Part shown: positions 34,412 through 45,253 of the stretch, piece by piece | Numbering within the stretch: position 1 is the first letter of the stretch | Layout: every line of letters begins with the position of its first letter | NCBI GenBank assembly: GCA_024239035.1 | Contig: JANBVK010000001.1 | Location: 107,010 to 171,009 of the forward strand | DNA: 64,000 nt | Reading direction: 5' to 3' | Source of the DNA: Patescibacteria group bacterium | Lineage (GTDB): Bacteria > Patescibacteriota > Minisyncoccia > UBA6257 > GWB1-50-10 | Notes under the pieces: model-generated | Databases searched by the model: none | What the model saw: the letters and a program-made list of their open reading frames with translations, nothing else | What the model was told of the DNA's origin: nothing | Program-made: the position numbers and the translations under genes

Positions 34412-35292
34412 TTCGTATTTTTAATCCAATTCACAATCGTTCGCGCGAGCTCTTTTTCCTTTCCGGTGAATCCATGGTCAGCACCTTTTATAATCTTACC
34501 GCTAAAAAATTTATCTGATATTTGTTTTTTAAACGCTTCAAGAATTTCTTGGACCGGCCTGTCAGCATACTGTTCCTTCCCACCAATGAGCACGAGGACG
34601 GGAACACGAATTTTCCTTGCCCAATAAAACTTTCTTCTCGGATTATAATACGGAAACGTATCTTCTCTACTACCTTCTTTTGCAATGCTCAAAAATCTCT
34701 CCGCAGACCAGAATGCACCACCCACAAAAGACGGCGGCATAAAAGTTTTTCTTTTTCCTTTTTTAACCATTGCCTTAGCCCATTTAATGGCTAAGCGGTA
34801 TTTTCTGCCGAGATTTTTCTTAAGTATTGGAATGTCGCTAAGCGGCCCAAGAAGACCAATGCCGGCCACACCGCGTTTCCCAACTTTCCAAATATAGTAA
34901 GCAATTTTATTCGCGCCGGTGCTATGCCCCAGGAGAAAAATTTTCTTATAACCCTTCTTTCGCAAAAAACGAATCACAGCGTCAATGTCATATACAGAAT
35001 GTTCAAAACGTTCAAAAGTCGTGCCGCTAAGAACTTTTTTTGTTTTGTTTTTAAGTTTTCTCCTTAGAAAGTTTATGGTCCCCTGTCCTCTGTGGTCAAA
35101 AATCGCAAAGGCAATGTTCCTGTTATTTAAAACGTTTGCCACAGAAAACGTCCATTCGGGCCTGTCGGAGAATCTTCCCGTAAGACCAGAAACCCATAAC
35201 GCAGCTACGCTACTCTTACGCTTCGGTTTGAAAAACAACCCCTCAAGCGGAATCCCGTCTTTGGTAATAATTTGATGAAGTTCAGTAAGCAT
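34408..35292 (-). CDS. Alpha/beta-hydrolase fold protein (GHSxG nucleophile elbow)
   Basis: FLLGHSTGANK nucleophile elbow and a later DH pair. Confidence 0.7.
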   Translation of the reverse strand: MLTELHQIITKDGIPLEGLFFKPKRKSSVAALWVSGLTGRFSDRPEWTFSVANVLNNRNIAFAIFDHRGQGTINFLRRKLKNKTKKVLSGTTFERFEHSVYDIDAVIRFLRKKGYKKIFLLGHSTGANKIAYYIWKVGKRGVAGIGLLGPLSDIPILKKNLGRKYRLAIKWAKAMVKKGKRKTFMPPSFVGGAFWSAERFLSIAKEGSREDTFPYYNPRRKFYWARKIRVPVLVLIGGKEQYADRPVQEILEAFKKQISDKFFSGKIIKGADHGFTGKEKELARTIVNWIKNTK

Positions 35293-35328
35293 GATTTAAA
35301 TTATCTTACTCTCTTAATTTATAGCGAA

Positions 35329-35547
35329 TCAGTCGGTTATTTTCCACTGGACGCGGCCGACGGTACCATCAGTCAAACGCACCTTAACGCCGCGCGGATG
35401 GACGTTCTTTGAGGTTAGAATCTCCTTTACGATCCCCTGGGTGTAATTGTTCGTGCCATAATGCTTTTTCTCAATGATCCAGACGGCATCCCCCGGCTTG
35501 ATCTCACTCCGTCTCGGCGGCGTAGGATTATCAATTCCACGGGTCAT
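35329..35547 (-). CDS. YwbE/DUF2196 family small protein
   Basis: PGDAVWIIEKKHYGTNNYTQGIVKEILTSKNVHPRGVKVRLTDGTVGRVQ matches the YwbE consensus (GIVKDILT...HPHGIKVRL..G.VGRVQ). Confidence 0.65.
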   Translation of the reverse strand: MTRGIDNPTPPRRSEIKPGDAVWIIEKKHYGTNNYTQGIVKEILTSKNVHPRGVKVRLTDGTVGRVQWKITD

Positions 35548-35593
35548 GAATTTATTCTCCTAATTTCTTGTTGGTTGATTCCTTAATATCCTA

Positions 35594-36028
35594 TTACTCT
35601 AAACGTATTCTTGTATTAACGTTAAATCCATTCCTAGCAATATCGGGTAATTCACTTGCTAGAAATCTCGGTAATACGGTTACTTTTGTAACATCAACCC
35701 AGTCAATTTCTGCCAACTCGTGTCCTCCGTGGGTGCTAGCAGCCACATTATGGTTTAGGTAATCTTTGGAATTTTTAATATGAAAATACAGCCCTGGATT
35801 GCTATAACCATTTTTTTCTCTTATTTGATGGATATATATTAAGTTACTAATCTCTGGCTTAACATGCGTTTCTTCAATTAATTCTCTTTCAAGGGCCGAG
35901 AGTATATTTTCACCGGGTTCCATACCACCTCCGGGCAGACACCAAAAATCAGCCGAGGCGTTGTTCCTCACTAAAAGAAACTTGCCTTCATATTCTATTA
36001 TTGCTCTAACTGAGATTGTGTTATTCAT
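35594..36028 (-). CDS. NUDIX hydrolase
   Basis: Nudix box GGGMEPGENILSALERELIEETHV. Confidence 0.85.
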   Translation of the reverse strand: MNNTISVRAIIEYEGKFLLVRNNASADFWCLPGGGMEPGENILSALERELIEETHVKPEISNLIYIHQIREKNGYSNPGLYFHIKNSKDYLNHNVAASTHGGHELAEIDWVDVTKVTVLPRFLASELPDIARNGFNVNTRIRLE

Positions 36029-36055
36029 GAATCTATTTATAGTGATCTCGTCAAA

Positions 36056-36331
36056 TTATTTTTTCCGCATCAACAACAAGCGACGCTCTGGCGTATAGTG
36101 CCACCACGGATGCGACGGAGCGCCGTTCATAAAAGCCACGGCAGCCATAAAAGTGTCCAGTAAACACGGATCATGCCGCTTACCGGTTTTCTTATTAAGT
36201 CTCTCGTAGAGCTTCAATGGGTCATTGTTTTTAAGCTCACTTGGTCTTGTAATACCCACCTCGCGAAAACACCGCGCTATTTTCGGCCCCACGTTCGGGA
36301 TATCTTCTAATTTCTTAATCATACTTTGCAA
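36056..36331 (-). CDS. Helix-hairpin-helix domain protein (Cdd1/mitomycin-resistance-like HhH)
   Basis: LEDIPNVGPKIARCFREVGITRPSEL HhH motif. 91 aa. Confidence 0.5.
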   Translation of the reverse strand: MQSMIKKLEDIPNVGPKIARCFREVGITRPSELKNNDPLKLYERLNKKTGKRHDPCLLDTFMAAVAFMNGAPSHPWWHYTPERRLLLMRKK

Positions 36332-36376
36332 AAACTTTTTCTCCCCCCTAATTTTACCACCTCTTTCACTTAAAAC

Positions 36377-36466
36377 CCTAACGGTTCAACGACACCCATC
36401 GTTGAGCCGTTAAGATTACCGCACGTCTTCACTTCATCCACATATGTGGACAAAGTGAAGACACGC
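36377..36466. repeat. Two-hairpin intergenic repeat, copy 2 (both hairpins intact: AACGGTTCAACG/CGTTGAGCCGTT and GTCTTCACTT-caTCCACATATGTGGAca-AAGTGAAGAC)
   Basis: Matches copy 1 at 3672..3762 except the loop of hairpin 1 (ACCCAT here, GGGTG there). Confidence 0.6.
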
Positions 36467-36523
36467 AAAAATCCAGAAAAAAACAAAAAGCCGCACGCAG
36501 AGCATGCAGCTTTCTGCGGCGGC
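36466..36523 (-). terminator. Rho-independent terminator of the PurM-like gene (GCCGCCGCAGAAAGCTGCATGCTCTGCGTGCGGC plus TTTTTGTTTTTTTCTGG on the minus strand)
   Basis: GC-rich hairpin followed by a long T-run in the minus orientation, 26 nt after the stop. Confidence 0.75.
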
Positions 36524-36548
36524 TGTTACTAGCCATAACGTGTTGCGG

Positions 36549-37739
36549 TCAGCGAACGCCGAGTGTTGCTCCCGAATACTCGAGATCTTTCGGCTTGATG
36601 ACGACCTTCTTCTCATCACTCCGCTCAATGTGTCCGGCATAGCATGCGCCGTAGCGATTGAGGTACTCGTCTCCTTTGAGCACGTCCCAAACTTTCCTCA
36701 CATCAGCTTCCGGCACATAGAGCGCGAAACCCGCACCCATGTTGAAGTTTCCGTATGCCTCCCAATCATCCACCGGACCATGTCTCTGCAAAAAATTGAA
36801 GATCGGTAGTTGCTTCGGCAGGCACTCGATGACGTAGGCGAACGGTTGTGTTGCCCGCATGAGCTTGCGCCAGCCGTGCCCCGTGATGTTCACTGCGTAG
36901 TGGATGTTCACACCACGATCCAAGCAATCCTCGACGAGCGCGACATAGATATACGTAGGGTCGAGTAATGTTTCGCCGTACGTTCGGCCATCGTCGAGTT
37001 TGGTGAGATAGCCGTCCGGCAGAGCGCGCGACGGGAACCATTGCGGAAAGAAAAGATGCGCTAGTCGTCGCCAGAAACCGTCTCTCCGCCCGGCTATCCT
37101 TCGAGCCATCGTGAGGGCGTTCGCGTGGATACCGGAACTCTCGATGAGAATGATAGCATCGCCATGCTGGATGCTGTCTGCCGTGATAAGCCGCTCCTTC
37201 GGCTTCACAATGCCCATCGCTGAACCGGAAAGAACAACCGCCCCCGGCATAACCACGCCCTTGAGAGTTGGTGTTTCGCCGCCACCCCACACACAACGCG
37301 CCAGCGTGCACGCCCTCTTCCAACCCCCGACGAGATCGCGACATCTCTTCTCGTCATTAAACCAGTCAGAGTCGCCGACGGCAAGGTGCATCGCCACCGA
37401 GAGCGGAAGCGCGCCGAGTGTAACCATGTCGTTCACAATCATCGCCACAGTGTCCTGCGCGATGTGATCGTAGTACGACTTACCGGTTAGGCGGTACATA
37501 GCATCAGCTACGAGGTTTTTCGTACCGAGACCCTCCTCAACATGGGCAAAGTAGCTTTTTGCCGCCTCGATGAGATAAGCACTTTCACCCCGACTCATCT
37601 CGACTTCCCGAAACTCGCCATTATTGAGACGACTGATGTTTGTTGCTGTCTCATGCCCGGCGAGTTGCGCCATCCGCTTGAACGGATCCATTGCGCCGTA
37701 ATCAACACCAACGCCGACATATGTCATTCCTCCTATCAT
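36549..37739 (-). CDS. AIR-synthase-related (PurM superfamily) protein, high-GC gene
   Basis: EEGLGTKNLVADAMY (PurM DGVGTK-like) N-terminal domain plus a C-terminal PurM-like domain. About 55% GC against a 40% window background. Confidence 0.6.
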   Translation of the reverse strand: MIGGMTYVGVGVDYGAMDPFKRMAQLAGHETATNISRLNNGEFREVEMSRGESAYLIEAAKSYFAHVEEGLGTKNLVADAMYRLTGKSYYDHIAQDTVAMIVNDMVTLGALPLSVAMHLAVGDSDWFNDEKRCRDLVGGWKRACTLARCVWGGGETPTLKGVVMPGAVVLSGSAMGIVKPKERLITADSIQHGDAIILIESSGIHANALTMARRIAGRRDGFWRRLAHLFFPQWFPSRALPDGYLTKLDDGRTYGETLLDPTYIYVALVEDCLDRGVNIHYAVNITGHGWRKLMRATQPFAYVIECLPKQLPIFNFLQRHGPVDDWEAYGNFNMGAGFALYVPEADVRKVWDVLKGDEYLNRYGACYAGHIERSDEKKVVIKPKDLEYSGATLGVR

Positions 37740-37921
37740 TGACCGCTCCTTTTTCAGTTAGAAATGAACAAATTAAGCTATTTACTCTAGCTTGATTACC
37801 AAAATCACACTAGCGAAAACATCATAAAAAATCAACCATCTGTACCACCTCTTAGTAAATAAAAGGGACGCCCACTGTTTCCAATGTGCGTCCCGTTAGG
37901 ATGAATTTTCCGGCAAGCGAC

Positions 37922-38824
37922 TTATACGCTCGCGACTTCAAGGAGCTCGTCAAGCAGCGAACTGAACACTTGCTCGTGCCGCTCGAGATAGGCGGTGGCT
38001 ACCTGCACTGCCACAGCACCGCTCTCTCGATACTCCCGAATGTCTTTTCCGTGAGTGATGCCGCCAACGCCGATAATCTGAATGCGATCCGGTAGAAGTT
38101 CTCGCAGTTGCCGAACTTGCCCGAGACCAATCGGCTTCATCGCAGGTCCCGCGAACCCGGCAAAGCCACCGCCCGGCGTAATTCTCGGCTTCGCGCCGTT
38201 GTAGCTGAACGCGTTGGGGAAGGTATTCACCGTCGTGACAACCTTGGCCACTTTCGACGCGCCGATAACCTGCGCTAATCCAGCGAGCGCGAAAGGGTCC
38301 GATAAAGGAGATATCTTGACCGACACTTTTGCGTCGGCTCCGACTCTCTCCTCGACACGATGCAGAATCTCGGTGACCAGCGCCGGATCGAAACATGCGA
38401 TGCGCTTCTGCGTACTACCCTGCCACACGTTTGGGCAGCCAAGATTCTGCTCCACGAGGTCTGCCCCACCACCGAACGCGAGCTCCGTGAGGTTTGCATA
38501 CTCCTCCGGTGAGAAACCAGCGACACTCACGAAAAGCGGTTTGTTTTCGCCGTGAGCCACGGCGACCATTTCGGAAATCGTTTCCCTGTAGTACGGCGCG
38601 CCGCGGTTCGGAAGCCCGAGCGAATTGAGCGAGAACATCGGCCCCGCCCAGTAGACATCGCCGGTGTTACCCGTTCGCGGCTCCACGGTGATCGAGCCAA
38701 CCATGACCGCCGCACTGGCTGAACGCGAAAGCTCTTTCACTTCTTCCAGCGATCTGCATGTCCCCGCCGCGTTCATCAGCGGGTGTTCCAATCGGATACC
38801 TGCGACTTCAGTTTGCAGCTCCAT
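37922..38824 (-). CDS. Dihydroorotate-dehydrogenase-like flavoprotein (class 1A-like, active-site Cys in NLGCPNV), high-GC gene
   Basis: NAAGTCRSLEEV, NLGCPN, KISP and GVGGI motifs of a DHOD TIM barrel. Confidence 0.65.
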   Translation of the reverse strand: MELQTEVAGIRLEHPLMNAAGTCRSLEEVKELSRSASAAVMVGSITVEPRTGNTGDVYWAGPMFSLNSLGLPNRGAPYYRETISEMVAVAHGENKPLFVSVAGFSPEEYANLTELAFGGGADLVEQNLGCPNVWQGSTQKRIACFDPALVTEILHRVEERVGADAKVSVKISPLSDPFALAGLAQVIGASKVAKVVTTVNTFPNAFSYNGAKPRITPGGGFAGFAGPAMKPIGLGQVRQLRELLPDRIQIIGVGGITHGKDIREYRESGAVAVQVATAYLERHEQVFSSLLDELLEVASV

Positions 38825-39241
38825 GCCTTTTTCTTCCTCTCTTCGATTGGGAATGTACGATTTCAGCCCGACTATCGGGCTGATTACTAAAATCCGGAAC
38901 GTAGATCTCAGGAGGGCAGAATGACCAGAGAATGTGAAACGGGCCTGTATTGCAACCCATCGCCGACCTCCTTCAGACGATCGTATTCCTTCGCGAGCAC
39001 TTCAGACAACGTTCTATTGAGACTACTCTCGTCTACGTTTGATACAAACCCCACTCCAAAATGATGGAAACCCTTAACATCAGTTCCAGAGCTGAATGTA
39101 TGGAACAGAACAGAAAGAAAGAAATGACAGGACATATACGCCTCCCAATATGAGTAACAAGCAAGTCAAGGTTCTGCGGAAAAGGATGACACCAGCAAGA
39201 CAAATTGTCAATTCCCACCCTTCGCCATTAAAAATGGTCAG

Positions 39242-39315
39242 TGGGCGGAACAGGATTCGAACCCGTGACCTTTCGGATGTGACCCGAACGCTCTAACCAA
39301 CTGAGCTACCCGCCC
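39242..39315 (-). tRNA. tRNA-Val (anticodon CAC), no encoded CCA. The high-GC island abuts its 3' end.
   Basis: GGGCGGGTAGCTCAGTTGGTTAGAGCGTTCGGGTCACATCCGAAAGGTCACGGGTTCGAATCCTGTTCCGCCCA cloverleaf. Confidence 0.8.
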
Positions 39316-39391
39316 ATCATCCACACCACTATTGTACCCCAAGAAACGGAGCCAACAGTTCTTGCTATCACACAAGAATTATTTTTCTCTC

Positions 39392-39763
39392 CTACTGCAA
39401 CTCTACCGTAGCTCCTGCTTCTTCTAGCTTTTTCTTAAGCTCATCTGCTTCCTCCTTATTCAATCCCTCCTTAATCGTCTTCGGAGCACCATCAACTATA
39501 TCTTTTGCTTCCTTAAGACCAACACCGGCCGCTTCCTTAACTATCTTAATCACATTAATCTTCTGATCCCCCGCAACTTTAAGCACTACATTATAAGAAC
39601 TTTTCTCTTCCTTATCGCCGGCTTCTTCTCCGCCGCCTCCAGCCGTAGCGGGCATTGCAGCCGAGACGCCAAACTTTTCCTCCAGCGTTTTCACAAGCTC
39701 GGAGAGCTCAACCACTGAAAGTTTTTCGATTTTTTCTATTATATCACTAAATTTTTCTGCCAT
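39392..39763 (-). CDS. rplL: Ribosomal protein L7/L12
   Basis: [33 protein letters not shown] ... [16 protein letters not shown]...GLKEAKD. Confidence 0.95.
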   Translation of the reverse strand: MAEKFSDIIEKIEKLSVVELSELVKTLEEKFGVSAAMPATAGGGGEEAGDKEEKSSYNVVLKVAGDQKINVIKIVKEAAGVGLKEAKDIVDGAPKTIKEGLNKEEADELKKKLEEAGATVELQ

Positions 39764-39771
39764 AATATTTT

Positions 39772-40275
39772 TTATTTATTTTCGACCATTTTTGATTTCT
39801 GATCCAAAACATAAAGTAACATTTGGAGCGGCGCAGAGAGCATTCCTACAAGCTGCCCCAAAAGAACTTCCCTGCTTGGCAACTGACCTAAACTAAGAAT
39901 CTCCGCACTCTCAACAAATGCTTTATCTTTTATATTAAAACCGCCGAGTATCTTAAGAGAGCCCTTCTCCTGCTTGGAAAACTTATACACCGTGGATGCA
40001 GTCTCATGAACGTCTTTTGGTGAAAATACCACACCCGTCTGGCCCTCAAAATTTTTTGGATCAAACTCCATCCCAATCTTCTCAAATACAAACTTAAGAA
40101 GGCGTTTCTTCACCACACGAAACACACCACCAATTGCCCGCACTTGTCCTCTAAAATCATTTAACTTATTTACTGATAACCCCGTAAAATCAACTAAAAC
40201 CACCGTCTCGCTTCCTTTGAGATTTTCCACTCCCTGCTCAACTGCTTTATTCTTTTGATCTTTTGTTTTTGCCAT
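39772..40275 (-). CDS. rplJ: Ribosomal protein L10
   Basis: [42 protein letters not shown], adjacent to rplL. Start taken at MAKTKDQ. Confidence 0.9.
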   Translation of the reverse strand: MAKTKDQKNKAVEQGVENLKGSETVVLVDFTGLSVNKLNDFRGQVRAIGGVFRVVKKRLLKFVFEKIGMEFDPKNFEGQTGVVFSPKDVHETASTVYKFSKQEKGSLKILGGFNIKDKAFVESAEILSLGQLPSREVLLGQLVGMLSAPLQMLLYVLDQKSKMVENK

Positions 40276-40394
40276 AAAAAAAGCGGCATCGTGCCGCAAA
40301 ACATAAAAATCCTTACTCTCCTACATAGGACTTATCCGCCTATTGGCGGACCTATGATCTGCGGATACGTGTACATATTAGCCTACCTCAAGTA
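40276..40394 (-). promoter_or_regulatory. Probable ribosomal-protein L10 leader (autoregulatory 5' UTR) with hairpins GCGGCAtcgtGCCGC and CCGCCtattGGCGG
   Basis: Structured region of about 120 nt between an upstream terminator and the rplJ start. This is the conserved position of the L10 leader in bacteria. Confidence 0.45.
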
Positions 40395-40473
40395 AATGTC
40401 AACACCGCCAAAAAACGAAGCGGCACTGATTGTAAGTGCCGCTTGGTTTTGTACTCTGCTCTGGCGAGATACA

Positions 40474-40665
40474 TCATCGTGCAAAAAGCATTATCACAAC
40501 AACGCCGATCATAATGATGAAAAGGATCCGCTCTAGCCAGTTCCGCCCCTTCTTGCCGTAGAACGGGTGTGGTCGATACTCTCGCCGAATATTTCGAGAC
40601 ATAACCCCTCTCTGTTGAAGTTCTATAAAGATTAATACCTCAAAAAGCCTGTGTGTGTCAAACAA
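40474..40665 (-). CDS. Small hypothetical protein with C-terminal TM (63 aa)
   Basis: ORF followed by the hairpin AAGCGGCACTTACAATCAGTGCCGCTT plus a T-run (minus orientation) at about 40395-40445. Confidence 0.3.
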   Translation of the reverse strand: MFDTHRLFEVLIFIELQQRGVMSRNIRREYRPHPFYGKKGRNWLERILFIIMIGVVVIMLFAR

Positions 40666-40703
40666 AAACCCAACCTTAAATCAGCGCCTCGAAAGGTTTT
40701 TAG

Positions 40704-41786
40704 TTATAATCCCCCCTCCAAGTCCTCAAGTAATTTCTTAGCTTTCGTTGAAAGTTTTTTAGGTGTCTTTAACGTAAAAGAAATATAAAGATCGCCGCGA
40801 TTGTGAATCAAACCAAAAACGGGCATGCCTCTCCCCGGCACCCTAAGCTTGTCTTTAACGTTGAATTCTTGCGGCATAGAAACCTCAAATGTCTCCCCGT
40901 TTATATCTTCAATCTTAATTTTTCTGCCGAGTAGCGCGTCAGTAAAACTAATTTCTCGTTCCATAAGGAGATCTCTTTTATTTCTTGAAAATACCGGGTG
41001 GGGCTTTACTTTGATTACCACATAAAGATCACCGTTTGACCCTTCTCTTTCTCCCGCTTCCCCTGCGCCGCTTACCTTTATAATCTGCCCGTTTTCTACG
41101 CCGGGATTAATGTCAATTATTATCTCTTTCATGCCTAAAACCCTAGCCGCCCCCTCACAAACCTCACAAGGTTTATTCGGCATCTCGCCGCGTCCGGAAC
41201 ACTTCGGACAAGATTTGACCTGGGCAAAATTGCCAAAAAATGTTCTCTTTTGCTCTTTAATCTCCCCTCGCCCCTGACATACGGTGCATGTTGTAAATCC
41301 CTTACTCTTATCATGACCCAATCCCTTACAAGCATCGCAAGAGATATAAGTTTTAAGGCTAATTGTACGCTTAAGTCCTTTATACGCTTCCTCTAATGAA
41401 ATTTCCTGGAGTGTCTCGATATCAGAACCATGAGTATAGGTCTGACGACGCTGCCCGCCAAACTGGCCAAAAAGACTCTCTAACACATCACTTAAATCAA
41501 CCATGTCACCGCCAAAATCAACATTCCAACCTTCTCCAAAACCCGCTTGTCTGTAAGGCGCCCCTCCAGGCGTTCCCTCAAAAACCCCGCCAAACCGGTC
41601 ATACTGCGCCTTCTTTTCTTTATTAGAGAGCACTTGATAAGCCTCATTTACCTCTTTAAATTTCTTCTCGTTGCCGCCTGACTTATCAGGATGATATTTA
41701 TGAGCCAATTGGCGGTAAGCCTTCTTTATGTCCTCGTTTGAAGCATCTTTTGAGACGCCTAAAACTTTGTAATAATCCTCTGTCAT
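40704..41786 (-). CDS. dnaJ: Chaperone DnaJ
   Basis: J-domain HPD motif (AHKYHPDK), G/F region, four CxxCxGxG repeats. Confidence 0.95.
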   Translation of the reverse strand: MTEDYYKVLGVSKDASNEDIKKAYRQLAHKYHPDKSGGNEKKFKEVNEAYQVLSNKEKKAQYDRFGGVFEGTPGGAPYRQAGFGEGWNVDFGGDMVDLSDVLESLFGQFGGQRRQTYTHGSDIETLQEISLEEAYKGLKRTISLKTYISCDACKGLGHDKSKGFTTCTVCQGRGEIKEQKRTFFGNFAQVKSCPKCSGRGEMPNKPCEVCEGAARVLGMKEIIIDINPGVENGQIIKVSGAGEAGEREGSNGDLYVVIKVKPHPVFSRNKRDLLMEREISFTDALLGRKIKIEDINGETFEVSMPQEFNVKDKLRVPGRGMPVFGLIHNRGDLYISFTLKTPKKLSTKAKKLLEDLEGGL

Positions 41787-41805
41787 AATTCTATAAATTG
41801 AGTTT

Positions 41806-42849
41806 CTAACTCAACATCACAAATTCCCGACCTCTGTTCTCTAGAGTAATATGAGCGAACCCACTAATCAATAGAAACTTAAATAACACAAACGCCACTA
41901 GTTCTATAAACCAATAAAGCAAAACAGCTATCCCCTTCACACCAAAGAAAAAAGCCAATGCTAAAGCTAAACTTAATGCCGATTTTAAGGCAGCCGACAA
42001 GCCGTTAAAATAATCTTTGGTTATCCTAAAAACCTCTCCTGTTACCGGTGCGCTGGCATTAAGCGGACCAACGACTTTCTCCAATTCTTTTTTTAATTCT
42101 AGGGAAAACCGCCTGACTGCTTCCGCTTTTTCGGGTGGTGGTAAACGCTGGAAATTAATGGCGGGATCGGCCTCTGTCTCCCCCATCGAACTGGGTATCT
42201 TTCTAAGCTGGTTCAGAGCAATAACATCAAGAAAGCTCTGAACAGTTTTATTAAAAGATATGTCGGAAAACACAAGCCCTACAATCGGCTGGGAAGAGGC
42301 AAGTGTCTGACCAACCAGTACCCTACCCAACTCGTCATTAAAATTCCCCCACGAGAAGTAATTCAGATAAAACACTATTGTCAAGAAAATTAGAAGACCG
42401 GTAACGGCTCTGGGTAAAATACTCCTGGCTGTAAAGAAAAATTTTATCTCCAAGCTGTTAGATAATACTCGCTGACCCCTTACGGCCGCAAAAACCAGAA
42501 AAATAAAGAAGATTAAAGAGCCGGCTATCAAAACCAATGAGGGAGAAGGATAAATCCGAGAATAGAAAACAATAAGCGGAGTAATCCCCTGCAAAAACAT
42601 CACTACTACCATATTAAACCTGCCTTTAATAAAAAATATCTGGAGAATCATTACTACTAAGAAACCGCCGCCAAACAAGAGGCTAAAAAACAAACGGCTG
42701 TAGTCAGCTGTCAATAAAAATTTATTGAAGAAGTAAGTAGTAGCAAAAATAAACCCAGCGCCGAATAGAACCAAGATAATTATCTTCCAGAGACTGCGAT
42801 CTTCTTCTGATTCTTTTGATTGGCTAATTACTGTCGGGTTGGGACTCAT
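41806..42849 (-). CDS. Hypothetical polytopic membrane protein
   Basis: About 8 predicted TM segments. Overlaps the dnaK 3' end. Start uncertain (MSPNPTV proposed). Confidence 0.45.
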   Translation of the reverse strand: MSPNPTVISQSKESEEDRSLWKIIILVLFGAGFIFATTYFFNKFLLTADYSRLFFSLLFGGGFLVVMILQIFFIKGRFNMVVVMFLQGITPLIVFYSRIYPSPSLVLIAGSLIFFIFLVFAAVRGQRVLSNSLEIKFFFTARSILPRAVTGLLIFLTIVFYLNYFSWGNFNDELGRVLVGQTLASSQPIVGLVFSDISFNKTVQSFLDVIALNQLRKIPSSMGETEADPAINFQRLPPPEKAEAVRRFSLELKKELEKVVGPLNASAPVTGEVFRITKDYFNGLSAALKSALSLALALAFFFGVKGIAVLLYWFIELVAFVLFKFLLISGFAHITLENRGREFVMLS

Positions 42850-44740
42850 TTGGTTTTTGTTCGTCCGGCTTTTTACTATCGGAGTCGGGCTTATCCTTAG
42901 TATTATACAATGACCCTCCAACTCTTTGAAGTTCCGAAGAAAGCTCAGTTGTTGCTCTTTTAATCGCTTCTATGTCTTCACCGCCCTGTACCTGCTTTAG
43001 GCTTTCTATTTTTTTATTAACGCTGTCTTTGATATCAGCCGAGAGTTTCTCTCCCGCGTCTTTTATGCTTTTCTCCGATGTATAGATAAGCGACTCGGCT
43101 TGATTTTTGGCGTCAATAAGCTCTTTCTTTTTCTGGTCTTCGGCGGCGTGTTCAGTCGCCTCCTTCTTTAGACGTTCAACTTCCTCTTTGTTCAAACTGG
43201 TACTTGCTTCAATCTTCACCGACTGACCCTTATTGGTAGCTTTATCCTTGGCTGAAACGTTCAGGATTCCGTTTACATCAATGTTAAAAGTTACCTCTAC
43301 TTGAGGAACACCGCGAGGCGACGGCGGGACACCATCTAAGATAAAACGAGCAAGTGTCTTATTATCGGCCATCATCGGCCGCTCGCCCTGACCAACATGA
43401 ATCTCAACGGACGTTTGATTGTCGGCAGCGGTCGAGAAAATCTGTTTCTTATCGGTAGGTATAGTTGTGTTTCTGGAGATCATCGGCGTAGCAACGCCGC
43501 CAAGCGTCTCAATTGAGAGCGTGAGAGGCGTAACATCAAGCAGAAGCATATCTTTTACATCTCCCTCTGGCTTACGACCTTCGTCTTTAGCCGCAATAAT
43601 CTCAGCCTGAATCGCCGCCCCGGTAGCCACCACCTCATCGGGATTGATGCCTTTATGAGGTTCCTTGCCAAAAAGTTTCTCTATTGCTTTTTGAATGGCT
43701 GGCATTCGCGTCTGACCGCCAACGAGGATGATCTCGTCAATATCTTGCATCTTCAAGCCGGCTCCTTTCGGCGACGCGGCGGTAACGGCCTCCTTTACCA
43801 GACTGATAGATTTATCAATCATCTCACCAACTAAATCTTCTAACTTAGCGCGGGTAAGTTTCATTAAGAAGTGTTTCGGACCCGATGCATCAGAAGTAAT
43901 GTAGGGTAGGTTCACTTCGGTCTCAAGCGTTGTTGAGAGTTCGTGTTTCGCCCGCTCTACCGCCTCTTTCAATCTCTGAAGAGCTAGTGAGTCCTTGGAT
44001 ATATCAATTCCTTCTTGCTTCTTAAATTCTTTAACAAGATGTTCAATTATTTTTTTATCAAAATCATCTCCTCCTAAGTGAGTGTCGCCGCCGGTCGCTT
44101 TCACCTCAACGGTATTATCAGCCACTTCAAGAATGGAAATATCAAAGGTTCCGCCGCCGAGGTCGTAAACGACTATCTTTTCTTCTTTCTTGAGGTTTAA
44201 ACCGTAGGCGAGCGCCGCTGCCGTCGGTTCGTTTATAACACGTTTCACTTTAAAACCGGCTATCTCGGCAGCGTTTTTAGTGGCTTGCCGCTGACTATCA
44301 TCAAAATAAGCAGGCACGGTGATTACTACTTCATCAATTTTCTCGCCTAAGATGGCTTCGGCATCAGCTTTCATTTTTTGGAGAACCATCGCTGATATTT
44401 CCTCTGGTTTATACCATTTTTCCCCCATCTTAATCTCAACTCCTCCTTGCTCAGAAGCCTTCATCTCAAACGGGAGCCAATCTTTATCGTGTTTCACTTC
44501 CTTGTCAGTAAACTTGCGACCGATTAAGCGCTTCACTGAAAAAATGGTGTTTTTGGGGTTTACGACCGCCTGGCGTTTAGCAAGCAACCCGACAAGCCGC
44601 TCACCCGACTTGCTGGTAGCAACTATTGAAGGGGTAGTGCGACCCCCCTCGTGATTCTCTAAAACGCGCGGTTCACCCCCCTCCGTTACTGCCATCGCGG
44701 AGTTAGTTGTTCCTAAATCTATTCCTAGTATTTTAGCCAT
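42824..44740 (-). CDS. dnaK: Chaperone DnaK (Hsp70)
   Basis: [23 protein letters not shown] and full-length Hsp70 sequence. Confidence 0.97.
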   Translation of the reverse strand: MAKILGIDLGTTNSAMAVTEGGEPRVLENHEGGRTTPSIVATSKSGERLVGLLAKRQAVVNPKNTIFSVKRLIGRKFTDKEVKHDKDWLPFEMKASEQGGVEIKMGEKWYKPEEISAMVLQKMKADAEAILGEKIDEVVITVPAYFDDSQRQATKNAAEIAGFKVKRVINEPTAAALAYGLNLKKEEKIVVYDLGGGTFDISILEVADNTVEVKATGGDTHLGGDDFDKKIIEHLVKEFKKQEGIDISKDSLALQRLKEAVERAKHELSTTLETEVNLPYITSDASGPKHFLMKLTRAKLEDLVGEMIDKSISLVKEAVTAASPKGAGLKMQDIDEIILVGGQTRMPAIQKAIEKLFGKEPHKGINPDEVVATGAAIQAEIIAAKDEGRKPEGDVKDMLLLDVTPLTLSIETLGGVATPMISRNTTIPTDKKQIFSTAADNQTSVEIHVGQGERPMMADNKTLARFILDGVPPSPRGVPQVEVTFNIDVNGILNVSAKDKATNKGQSVKIEASTSLNKEEVERLKKEATEHAAEDQKKKELIDAKNQAESLIYTSEKSIKDAGEKLSADIKDSVNKKIESLKQVQGGEDIEAIKRATTELSSELQRVGGSLYNTKDKPDSDSKKPDEQKPNESQPDSN

Positions 44741-44743
44741 GTT

Positions 44744-45250
44744 TTATTTATTTTTATTTTGACCTTTTGATAATTTTACTCTCGCGGGCCTTATAACCTT
44801 ACTACCCAAAATATAACCACCTTCAACTTCTTCGGCCACGGTTCCTGCTTGTTTATCAGATTCTATCTCGCTTACAGCTTCGTGATAATTAGGATCAAAC
44901 GAGTCGCCCGGCCGAACAATAATCTTTTCCAAACCATACTTCTTAAGTATTCCTTCTAACTGGTTCTTGATTAAAGACATGCCTTTCTGGGCCGGACTGT
45001 CTTTCTCTAAAACGGTCAAACCGAGATTAAAACTGTCTAAAATAATAATTAGTTCCGATATTAAAAGTCCGTTGCTCAATTTAGCAAACTGTTCAAATCT
45101 CTGACCCTCTTCTTTCTTATAGTTAATGATATCTGCCTTTGCCCGCCTCCAACCGTTCAAATATTCTTCCCTTTCTCTCTCGCATTTGGTGAGTTTATCC
45201 TGCGGTTCGCCGGTTTTCTCTTTTTTTTCCTTTTTATCTTTCTTTTCCAC
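44744..45250 (-). CDS. grpE: Nucleotide exchange factor GrpE
   Basis: Position between hrcA and dnaK. Coiled-coil N-terminus and GrpE-like C-terminal beta domain. Confidence 0.8.
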   Translation of the reverse strand: MEKKDKKEKKEKTGEPQDKLTKCEREREEYLNGWRRAKADIINYKKEEGQRFEQFAKLSNGLLISELIIILDSFNLGLTVLEKDSPAQKGMSLIKNQLEGILKKYGLEKIIVRPGDSFDPNYHEAVSEIESDKQAGTVAEEVEGGYILGSKVIRPARVKLSKGQNKNK

Positions 45251-45253
45251 GTC

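Noticed and set aside
36766-38715. Several long ORFs on both strands overlapping the PurM-like and DHOD-like genes (36766..37344-, 37950..38396-, 38214..38555+, 38275..38526-, 38527..38715-)
   Set aside because: They arise from the high GC content of the island (few stop codons). Their translations are Arg/Ala/Ser-rich and low-complexity. The genes called have clear family motifs.
38825-39241. Integrase or phage remnant at the island edge next to tRNA-Val
   Set aside because: Only short ORFs of 60-75 aa with no recognisable recombinase motifs. I could not find an att-like direct repeat of the tRNA 3' end at the other boundary. The island call rests on composition and tRNA adjacency only.
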